NCBI GenBank assembly: GCA_048213135.1
Contig: PS015054.1
Span: 133,812-197,811 of the forward strand
DNA length: 64,000 nt
DNA from: Reclinomonas americana ATCC 50394
Lineage: Eukaryota
Reading direction: 5' to 3'
Numbering within the stretch: position 1 is the first letter of the stretch; every line of letters starts with the position of its first letter. Positions 38,486 through 48,920 of this stretch are shown in pieces. Under the pieces are notes generated by a model. The model saw nothing but the letters and a program-made list of their open reading frames with translations, did no database searches and was not told the DNA's origin. A program made the translations under genes and the position numbers.

Positions 38486-38565
38486 CTTGCACTCCTTGGA
38501 GCGCCAACACCACCTGCTCTCTGCCCTCTGCCCTCTGCCCTCTGCTTCCTCTGCTGCTCCTAATC

Positions 38566-40240
38566 ATGCAAGACCTGCACTTGCACCGCCCTCTTCCGCG
38601 CATCATCGACATGATTGGCGACACGGACGGGTCGATGAGTTTTTCCGCCGCCGGCCACTTTCATCACCGTCACCTGCCGCACGAGCACGCCAACCGCTCT
38701 GCCCTGCCACCCATGCCCCCACGCCAGCACTTCCTGCCCATGCAACCGCAGCGGCTGCTCCACCCCGGTCTCCACTACGCCACCTCTTCCTCGACTAACG
38801 ACATGGACTTTTATGGTGATGTACCGGCGCCGGCTGTGCTGCCACACGGCGTCGATGGCGCTGCGCGGTACGCGTTGCCGACCTCCACCGCGTCGCACTT
38901 CGCCCCAGCTTCGTCCACGGCAACTCTACTTGCCACTGCGGCGGCTGCCGAACGCAGACGTGTGCGAACTGCGAACACAATGGATCCCAACGCCGACTTC
39001 CTCAACTCGAGGTATTTCCTTTTCTAGTGATGTGTTCCGATATTCCGAAACTTTATTAAGCGAGTTGTGCAACAGGGGAGACGGCGACGACAGCAGCCGC
39101 GATCATGCGCGGCAGCCACTGCACAAACGACGGCGAGTGGATCCGGCGGCGGCTGGCGAGCTGTCGTCGTCGGCATCGCTGGTGTTGTCGCTCTTGGCCC
39201 GCGGCCGACGACATGCGCACGGCAGCGACCTGCACGTGGAAGAATATCAGGCTCGCGATGTAGCGGATATCGACGACGACGATGGTGATGATGATGACGA
39301 CGGCGACGACGACGACGAAGACGAGGACACCATCAACTATCCAGTCGCTCACGCCAAGGCCGCAGCCACCGGGTGCAGAGCAGACGGGCACCACCATCGC
39401 GGTGGTGTCCGTGGTCACGGCCAGCTGCAGCGCCACCAGCACCTCATGGCCGAGTTGTCCGACCAGGAGAACTCTGGTGTGCATCGCCGTGGGCCGTACC
39501 AACTGACCGGCGGGAATCCAATCGCCGACAGGAGCACGATGGATTTCGCCACCGACTCCGACTCCGCGTGCCCTCACGGCTTGCTGGCCACCGATGACGG
39601 TTGCTGGCGCCACTACTACGTGCCCGGCCAGAAGCCCGCAGTGCGCACACGCTCGCTGCCAGCGCCGACACCGCTGTCACCGCTCAGTGCCTCCATGGCC
39701 GCGATGCCGGCCAATTCCGACCCACTGACGCAGCTTGCGTACCTCAGCACGCAGCTGGAGAGCAGTCTGCAAGCCGCTGCGAGTGCACGAGACAACAGCA
39801 AGACGCTGGCGCGAAGCGAGGCGACGTGGAGCAAGGACGAGTGCCGATCGCCACACGATTGTGACGGCGGCTCCGGACCCGGTTACACACTGTGCACGCT
39901 GACCTCGTCCACCAGCAGTGGTCAGGGTGCTCGGCGAGTGACGGCACCCGACGAAAGCACAGGCGTGGTATGTTGCAGCAACGGGATGTGAGATGAAGAG
40001 AGTGTGTGTATCGCTGACAACTGCGCATGCCGCACACACAGTTCTGCCACTTTGTGCTGGAGGGCGAGATCTCCAAGAAGACCTTCCAGTGCCGCCTACC
40101 CGGCTGCGGCAAGCGCTACACAACGCCCTCTAACCTCAAGCGTCACCTGAAGGTACTTGCTCTTGCCGCACGTTTCGCGCAGCACGATATCTGATCACAC
40201 ATGATACATACAGCTCAAGCACAACATTGTCGACTTGTAG
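38566..40240 (+). CDS. Protein with a single C-terminal C2H2/BED-like zinc finger, 4 exons
   Basis: Spliced C-terminus STGVFCHFVLEGEISKKTFQCRLPGCGKRYTTPSNLKRHLKLKHNIVDL*. The N-terminus is low-complexity with an NLS-like HKRRRV. Confidence 0.75.
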
Positions 40241-40412
40241 ATTGTTTCCATCACCAACCGCACTCGAGTAGTCTTGTTGTTTTGCTGGGCGTGTATCCTT
40301 TTATCACTACCTTTGTTGTACCTTGCTTTTAATTCATCTGTCTTCGCCGCACCGCTGCCGAATGAAAATGATATTGCCTTTTATATATTTCCGAGTGTGT
40401 GCTTGCGCGTGG

Positions 40413-42111
40413 ATGCACCGTGTCGAAGCTCAACTGCAGGCACAGTGCTCCTGTGCTCGGCAGTTTGCACGGCAAGCTCGACACGACGAGGAGCGGCGAA
40501 AAGAGATTGCCGAGCGGCAGCGACACGAGGTTTGAGTGTGTGTGTGAGAGGAGACAAGTGACGCGTTGTGTTGACTGCGTGTGGTGGTGCCACACAGGCT
40601 GAAGCACAGCGCCGCCATCTCGACACGGCCCTCACTGCGCAGCGTGCGTTGGAGAAGGCGCGACGTGTGCGTGAGGCTGTCAGCAAGGTCCGACATTGTG
40701 TGTGTGTGAGGGAGACACAAAGAGATTGATGGATTGATCGGGCATGTCACAGGTGAGGCAGGAGCGTGGCAGCGAGGTGGAGCTCAACGAGGTGGTCGCC
40801 AGTGCGGCTGCTTCCAGTGCGGTGGGCACCACGGGCACCGCAGCGGCACCGCTGGATGATGAGTCACTGGTGGAGCGTGATGCGCAGGCTGATTTGCTGT
40901 TGCGCTCGTTGTCGTCAGTCGCCTGCTCTGTTGTCGTGCTGCTCCGCTGAGTCTTGCCTCTGAGCGCAGAGTGACGATGCGCTTGCGCAAGATCCGCCAG
41001 CTGCAACATCACTTGGCGCAGGCCACGACGGCTGTCGAGGAAATAATACGTCGACACAACGAGCGCGACCGAGCCACACCCGTGGATCTGGCTCTGCTGC
41101 AACGCATGCAACAGATATGTTCTTCTTCTTCTTCTTCTTCTTCTTTCCCAGTCAAGGTGCTCACTGGTGAACTATCTCTGTGTACGTGGACGGCTGGTTG
41201 GAGGATCCGTGGTTGTGGTACGAGGAGATCGAGTGTGAACGTGTGGAGCAGTGTGTGGGAGTAGCTGAGGCGTGGATTCGACGGGTGTTGGACGATGGTC
41301 GAGCGCTGCAGCTGGGTGATTCACAGCAGCAGACGGCGGCGGGAGCGGAGCGCGAGTTTGACTTGTGGTGCCGATTGGATGCGGCGTATCGCGAGGTCGA
41401 TCTGATAAAGACTCGCATGCAGTGGTGCATCGATCCGGAGGGCTGCGCCGACGACTACATGAGTGAGTACGCGGCGTTGGCTGGCATTGAGGTGCCGCTG
41501 TCCTCGGCCGATGGGTTTCCTCGTCACTTGCCGGGCGACGATGAAGCGGAGCGCGATCGGCAGCACGTGGGCAGCGTGCTTCCGCTGTTCGAGATGCCCG
41601 ACGACATTCCGATTATGTCGGCGTCGTTCCTCTCGTCGTTCTTTGGTCTCGCGGATGAAGTGCGTCGTGTGTGTATGCGCTGGTTGTGATCTGTGCACTG
41701 TGCTCACTCGCTCCGCCTTTCGTGCAGGATCAACTGACCTTGCTGCGCATGTTGTGCGATCTGCAGACGGCCATTCGACTCGATCACGCCGACAGACAGC
41801 TGTTTGCTGCCATGCTGCCGACACTGCTCGAGGACGCCGAACAGGGCGGCCATCGTTCTCTGTGCGTGCGACGACTTTCCAGTCGTTTCTCTCCCTGTTC
41901 CCCTGCACTCACCTGGACGGCGCGCAGATCGCGCGGCACCATAGTGGAGACGTTTCAGTTGCTGCAGTCGGTCGTTGTGTCGGAGGGGCGGCGAATCGTG
42001 TCCTTTGTCCGCAACGACGTGTGGGAGGCATCGGTGAAAGCTGTGGCGACGGCGTTCCGCTCCTCCATGCGCTCACGTGGTCCGCGGAGGCGGCAACGGC
42101 CCGACAGATAA
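40413..42111 (+). CDS. Hypothetical protein, possibly TEDC2 (tubulin epsilon/delta complex 2)-like, about 7 exons
   Basis: N-terminal QRALEKARRVREAVSK and C-terminal FQLLQSVVVSEGRRIVSFVRND resemble my recollection of TEDC2 motifs. Not verified by alignment. Confidence 0.5.
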
Positions 42112-42214
42112 AACGACGAGCATGTACACAGTGGACAACATTTTGGTTCTTTCGTTAATTTCTTGTTGCACTCTCCATCCTCCTCCTCCACCATTCCCGA
42201 TCCACCACACCACC

Positions 42215-43610
42215 TCACGTGTGTCGATCGTGTGGTAACGTGACAACCACAGACGTGCCACGACCTATCCACACGTACTGCACAATCGAGGTGAAGCAGC
42301 TGTGGCGATGGGTGGGTGAGTACGTGGTCGCAAGAGGGGGAGCACGAGCACGTGACGCAACAAGACGGCGATTAGCAGCTGACCGTGTAGCACACTGCGC
42401 TCGTTGCTACCGCACGAGATCCAGGCGGCCGCCGCAGCAGCCAGAGTCAACAGGAAGATGGAGACGGGGAATGCAGGCACCGCCCACTCAAACTCCTTCA
42501 CACTGCCCCACATCGACAACAGGCCGATCAGGAGTGTGGTCTTGGAGATGGTACCGCCGACCAGATTGCTCAGCGCAATGTTGATCGACTGTGTCTTGCC
42601 CTTGCGCGAGAGTGACACTGATTCGAGAATCTCCGGAGCCTCCGACGCCACTGGTGCCAAGAAGAAGGCCAAGGCGCCCGGATTCAGCTCTGGTGGTGGC
42701 GACGAGCGATCAGAATGCGGGTGAATGACAAAGAGTCATCAGCGGAGGCAGGGTCGCTCACCGGCAATCTCGCCGAGCTCCACGACGGCGAGAATAAACG
42801 GCTCGGAGAACGTGTAGATGAGAATGCCGCCGACAGCCAGGTACGCAAAACCCTTCCACATTGGCTGCGGCTCGTCCTCCTCGTCGTGACCAATCTCTGC
42901 ACAGCTCCGTTTTATGCACCAGCTCACACATGCGTGCATGTCTGTCAGACCAACGACGCACCTTCATCAAACGCCTTTACATCGTCAATGTGCGGCGTCT
43001 CGGCCGAGTCGCGTGTCAGCATGGTGTAAATCACGAATCCGGCGTACTCCAACACGCACAGCACGCCCAGCATGTAGTGGAAGCCAACAAAGAGGAACAC
43101 CACCACCAGCGGCAGAGTGGCGGCCAGCACGTAGGCTTGTCGTCGCACGCTGTTCAAAATGTGGATCTTGAGGTTGCGCCGCGACAGCGACCCTAGCCAC
43201 ACACACAAGCCGAATGCAATCGTGCACACGACTGCGCGAGGCAGCGCGTGTCAGCAGGAGGTGAAGAGAGAGCGAGACTTCGCAAGAGACAGTCGCCTAC
43301 CAATGACACTGCCGGATACCGCACCCACGGCTACGGCCGTGTGGCCCTCGGAGAGAGCCGTCACGAAGAAGATGGTCTCCGGTGCCGTGTTCAACCAGGC
43401 AATCAGGAAACCACCTGAGCATAAGCGCGGGTGAGTTGACGAGGAGAATACCACCATGCGGAAGCAAGCCTCACCAATGAGCGATGCATCAAAGTGATCG
43501 CCGAGGATATCGCCACCTTCACCCACACAGTATGCGCCACCGCAGAGAGCCACGAGGGCGCCGAGAGCGCGAATGCCTGCCACAACATGCATGTTATTCA
43601 ACTGCTGCAT
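42215..43610 (-). CDS. Na+/Ca2+ exchanger-like (CaCA superfamily, NCL/EFCAX-type) transporter with a short central loop, about 6 coding exons; start approximate
   Basis: Two alpha-repeats, IGGFLIAWLNTAPETIF...AVGAVSGS and AFFLAPVASEAPEILES...INIALSNLVGG, and about 10 hydrophobic segments. Confidence 0.8.
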
Positions 43611-44264
43611 GCGACCAAGAGAGAGAGAGAGAGAGCCGACTGACCAGCCCACAACATGCTGCGAGAGGCGGGAGCGCCGTGTCGCGACGGAGGACCGTAC
43701 AAGACCGAGTACAAGAGTCGACGCGGACCGAGAAAGTAGATGGCCAGTGCCGGAGCAAGGAGTTCCGCAGCCACTACAAGAACACACGAGATCGCTCCGC
43801 GGCGCAGACGGACACGTGAGTTGCCTGTGGCGAAGAGAGAGAGAGGGAGAGTGAGTTGGACACGCGGCACATGTCACGCGCGCACGAACACACAAGCACA
43901 CAGAGTGCAGTTCTTGTTGTGCAGGCGTGGGGGGAGAAAGAGGAAGTGGGAGAGAGAGAGAGAGCTCACCAGCGCCTGACGAGTCAGAGAGCGGGGCCCG
44001 CGTTGTTGAGAGTTTAAAGAGACAGTTGTGCAATTTCGTTTCGTTGCATGAATGCAAACAAGTTCATTACAAGTGCAAGGTAAACAAAAAAGAACGGCGA
44101 AACAAGGAGACAGGAGGGGCATCAAGGAGAGAGAAGTGCAAAACAATGTTGGCGACGAGCCGGGTGCCGGAGGGGCTGACAAAACAGTGGGGGAGGCAAA
44201 AACAGCCTTTTTCCGACACTCGGTTTTTCTCTAAGACGTCGGCCAACGTGGTAACTAGAGCTCG

Positions 44265-45929
44265 TCAACGACGGCGGCGGTGGTTGTGGTGGTGGCGACC
44301 CTCCAGAGGGTGACCGCTCAGCACCTCCCACACCTCCTTCTCGGCGAGGTACTTTTGCCAGGTGCCGTTGACCTGGCGGAACATGGGCATCTGCTCACGT
44401 CCGACGCAGCGGAGCTCCTTGATCACTTGCAGGATGCCGCCCACACGACGGGTGGTCTCGACCTCCTCCAGAGCGAAGCAGTCAAAGAGGTTCTTGCGGT
44501 AGTTCTGGCTGGCGTTGGCCAGGAACACCTTGGCGGCCTGCTTGACCGGGCAGTCGGGCAGCGCATCGTACAAGTGCACCGGGTTGATCGGCGCAATGGC
44601 CGGTCGGCGGCGGTGCATCGAGTACGGCGGCAGGGCCTTGCCGAAACGGATGCCACGGTGTCCATGGCTGCGGCTGTGGTGGCTGATGCGACGCTGCAGC
44701 TGGTGGCTGCGGCTGTGGCGACGCTCGTGGCTGTGGCTGTGACTCTTGCTGTCGCCATGGCTGTGGCTGTGGCTGCGACGACGCTTGTCGCCGTGGCTCT
44801 GACGGCGGTGACGGCCGAGGACGCGATAACCGATCGCATCATCGTCATCGTCGCTGTCGTCGTCGTCGTGCTCGTGCTCGCCGTGGCGGCGGCTGCCCCA
44901 GCGGAAGACGCGGTTGCCGAGGCGATCCTCGTCCCAGCGGAAGTCGACGCCGTGCTCCTCGTCGTCGCCGTCACGATCGCCATGACCGTGCGACGAACGG
45001 AGGTTGTGGTGCTGCGGCAGCGCACGGCCGAACCTGTCGCTGCCGTGCGATGACGAGTGGCCGTGCGAGTGCGAGTGCGAGTGGCGCAGACGGCGGACGA
45101 CCGGCAGCTCAACGCCGGCCACCAGGTGCGAGGGGCGACCGCATGCGCACACCTCCTCGTCGCAGCGAGCGCCAGTCAGTGTGGCCGGGCACGGATCAAA
45201 GCCCAGGGCGCCGCCAGCAGGAGCCTGCAGCGCAGTTGCCTGCACCATGTCACAAGAATGAGTATCATCCATGATCGGATGAGCGGAGAGGGAGAGGAAG
45301 AGGGGGCCTCACCTTGAAGCCCGTCGTGTAGAGGGTGTGATCACCGCCAGCGTACTGCGCGTGGCCGTGGCCGTGCGCGTGGTGGAAGCCACGACCGTGG
45401 TGAGCAGCCGAGTACTCGGGCAACCACGGCAACGCGTGATGCGTGGCCGAGAAGGCGCGCTTCACTTGGCGCTCGCGCAAGTCGACGAGGTAGTTCTGAC
45501 CCTGCACGCACGCACACACAATCACCAGTGAGCGACAAGAGCCGACAACAACAACAGCAACAGAAAACGTCCCGAGCGCAACATTAGTCTTCTTCAGACG
45601 ATTGTGCAGACCGAGGTTGGTGAACTGGCGGGTCTTGTGCACCTTGGCGCACGGGCACGACGCGTGGGCAAACTGGTCGGCGAGTTGCGCGGCTGCGAGA
45701 GAGAGAACAAAAGACGATGAAAACGACAACCGAGATATTTGGGACGGGGGCGGAATCTCGCACCTTGCTTGCCGGGCAAGCCCACCTCCTTCTCGGCCAC
45801 CCACTTCAGATAGACGCTGCTGCGGAGACCGCAGGAGCAGGGCGGATCAGCATCCGCAGCCGCTGCGCACACTGCTGCTACGCCGAGCAGCAGGGCCAGC
45901 GACAGCAAAAAACGTGCGGTTTTTTGCAT
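44265..45929 (-). CDS. Orphan secreted His/Arg/Asp-rich protein, 4 exons
   Basis: Signal peptide MQKTARFLLSLALLLGVAAVCAAAA, Cys-containing N- and C-terminal parts, and central HS/HG repeats with a poly-D tract. Three GT-AG introns keep the frame. Strong C/G-ending codon bias. Confidence 0.8.
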
Positions 45930-46135
45930 GTCGGACAACGCAAGCGCGAGAGACGCGAAGAGAGAACAGACAGAGAGACACTACAGCAGGCGTGTGTGCG
46001 TGTATGAGTGTGTGAATGTGAATCGTGTGTGTGTCCCAAACTCCCTACTCTCTCCCACCAACAACAAAAACACTGAAAGAGATGAGCCAAAAACCGATTG
46101 TTTGTCCGAATCGGGGGTGTACAATTCTCTTAGAA

Positions 46136-47413
46136 TTATGTCAGCAGCGGGCTAAAGTCGTCCACCATGGTGTAGAACTCATCGATGGCGCCTGTGGGCA
46201 ATGGTGGATTGCCGTCGCGCACACTGAGACAGGCTTGCATGCCGGCGGCGCGTGCGGCGCGCGCCTCTTCCACAATATCGGTGACAAAGACCACATTCCG
46301 TGGCGATTCCTCGAGCTGCAGCGCGCGCAGGATGGTGTGGTAGGAGGCAGCCTCGCGTTTCGAACCGGACGTGGTGTCAAAGTGACCGCGCAGCAGTGGA
46401 AGCAACTGCGTGGCGATGGTAAGAGCACAGAAGGCAAAGGAGGGAGGGACGGAGACAACTCACGTCGCCAAAGACGCTGTGGCGAAAGAGAAGCTTCTGG
46501 GCCTGGCAAACGCACACACAGACGGTGGGTGAGCAAAGGAAAGTGATGCGTGTGGGGGCGTACGAGTGCCCACCTGCACGGAGCCGGATGAGTAAATGTA
46601 GACGGGAATGTCGTGCTCCGCACACGCCTGGAGGAGCCGGTGCACGTCGTCGTAGACCTCGCCTGCGGCAAAGCACCCAGCCGTTGGTACGTGCAAGTAT
46701 GTGTGTGCGTGTGTGTTCTTCAGAGAAGGCACAAACCCTTCAGCTCGCCGTCGGCGTACCCGCGCTCCCACACAAAGCCCTGCAGCTGCTTGAGCGGCGT
46801 CACCTTGCGATCGGCATCCATGAGCTTCTCCACGAAGCGCATCACCGCCAGCACCGCCTTGCTCGCGTCGTGCCGATCGGCAGCAGGCAGCGCTTCCTCG
46901 CCGTCTTGCCTGCCAACGCGGGGGGTGAGCTCGCGGAATCATGCCAGATGTGCCCGTTTCGCGCAACTCTGCCAGGCTGCACAGTGCATCGATCGCAGCC
47001 TGCGTGCGCTCCTCTCCCCACGTGTCACGCAGAAAGGCCTCAGTCGCCCGCCGAGCGTACGGGAACAGCACGTTGGCCACGAAGCTAATCGGTGTCGTCG
47101 TGCCCTCAATGTCCAGCAGCAGCACTGCCCGATGCAAGTGAGCAGCACACGAGCATATGCATGCATCGCGAGGCACACACGCACCGCTCACACCCGGCTG
47201 CAGTCGCACAGGTGACGCATCATCTGCTGCAGCACTCGTCGACTCGATGCGCGCGCGCTTCAGTGGTGGTGGTGCATCGCCTGTGCACGCAGTCAGCGAC
47301 CGAGGGAGTGAGGGAGAGAGAGCAAAGCAACAGTGGCGACCTCCGTTGTGCTGCGGTTGCGCGTCGTCCACATCGGCCTCGGGAAGACTGGGTCCGCGTT
47401 TGGCGCCACTCAT
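46136..47413 (-). CDS. ENOPH1: Enolase-phosphatase E1 (methionine salvage, HAD family)
   Basis: Motifs VLLLDIEGTTTPISFVANVLFPYA, DRKVTPLKQLQG, VYIYSSGSVQAQKLLF, HFDT..GSKRE and VFVTD. Confidence 0.95.
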
Positions 47414-47479
47414 TTGTGTGTTGTTGTCGGATCAACGAAAAGAGAACCCTTACCTGCTTCAGTCGCTTCCACGCGGAGA

Positions 47480-48021
47480 ATGAGTGGTGTGTGTGTATGT
47501 GTGCCCATGTGTCGCTGCTGTCCGCCACTCACTGACGGCCACTCACTGTGAGCCATTCAGAAGAGGGAGGATCATCGTCATCCGCGTCATTAGGCTCGGC
47601 ATCATCCATCTCCGCCTCCGCTGCCTCCGCTGCTGCTGTTCCGGGCGAGCCAGTGGTGACACTGGTCTCCTCGGACGGGCACGAGTTTGTCATCTCGCGC
47701 CGCGCCGCACAGTGCTCCAATCTGATCAAGGAGATGTTGCAGACGGGTGGTGCGCTCTGTCTCCCTCTCCCACACACTGTATGTCACCGCTCAGCTCAGC
47801 TCTCACTGCGCACAGGCGACACGGGCCAGTCGATGAGCGTGCTGCGATTCGACGACATCTCCAGTCGCGTAATGGAGATGCTGTGTCAGTTCTTCTACGA
47901 GAAGCTCAACGGGAGAGCCTTTGTCGACTTTGCACCGCTCAAGGCCTGCAACCCGGCGAGCCGCGCCGACCGCGACCTTGTCGTCGACCTGCTGCTGGCC
48001 GCCAACTACCTCGACTGCTGA
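47480..48021 (+). CDS. ELOC: Elongin C (Skp1/BTB fold), 3 exons
   Basis: VTLVSSDGHEFVISRRAA...SNLIKEML...FDDISSRVMEMLCQFFY...LLLAANYLDC*. Confidence 0.9.
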
Positions 48022-48050
48022 GCAGGAAGAAATGTACAAACAGCGTGTTT

Positions 48051-48782
48051 TCATGAGGAGGGCGAGCGATTCTGCTCTCCATCTGCTGCTTCTCTCCTCT
48101 TCACCTCGTCCTCCAGCCGTCTCCGGTACTCCTCGTCGGTGAGGGGACGCACAGGCAACCAGCTAAAGAAGCGACTCATGATTGTCGGCGTCGCTGGTGC
48201 ATCGGGCGGAGCAGTGCGGGAGGAGCCGTCGTCTCTGTACCACCGCACCAGCGACACGCGCGCCTTGTCGCCATACTCGAGTGCATAGTGCGCCGCCACC
48301 GACAGGCCCACAAACGTCAGACTGAGTCGCACGGCCAGTGGATGCCCACCTGCGCATTCACTCGCATTCACACCACCGCGGCTGTGCGAAGGAGCAAGCG
48401 ACTGTGCGTACCATACAGCGCGCCTGTCAGGTAGCCCAGCACACCACCGACCAGTGCATTGTGCGCCAACGCCGGCGGCCTCATCTCGGCCTCGAGTGGC
48501 GAAGGCAGCAGATTGCGACGCCAGCGCTCATCCAGTGCCGCTCGCATGCCCACAAAGGCCGCGCTCAACACCGCACCGTTCAGCGACAGTGTGGCGATCC
48601 AGGTGCCGGAGCGCCCGCGCAATGCACCGTAACACGAGCCCACTGCTGCTCCCGCCAATGCTGCATTTGATGATGATGGTGTGCGTGAGTGTGTGAGCGT
48701 GTGAGTTGGGAGAAACGGCAATGGGGAAACACAGACCTCCATAAGCCACAGTGTGCCAGAGAGGGGTTGGCGGAGGCGACAT
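48051..48782 (-). CDS. Tim17/22/23-superfamily-like small membrane protein, 3 exons
   Basis: Gly-rich transmembrane segments (GAAVGSCYGALRG; LVGGVLGYLTGALYGG) and C-terminal WLPVRPLTDEEY. Confidence 0.55.
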
Positions 48783-48920
48783 TGGTGGGAGCGTCGGGTG
48801 TCCGGACTTCAGATTTCGACGCATTGTGTGAGAGAGAGTGGAGGGAAACACGCGTCGCCGTAAGTTGGCGGGTGACGCGTGTCTATTGCTTTTGTTTGTG
48901 TGTTTGGCGTGCGTGAGTAG

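Noticed and set aside
40293-40301. GTATCCTTT, the U12 donor consensus
   Set aside because: It lies in the 3' UTR/intergenic region after the zinc-finger stop, with no convincing U12 branch site or downstream exon.
44280-45053. Long antisense and overlapping ORFs (also 22965-23723, 53447-55742 and many others in the track)
   Set aside because: They are explained by high GC content and codon bias on the coding strand; no motifs or splice structure support them.
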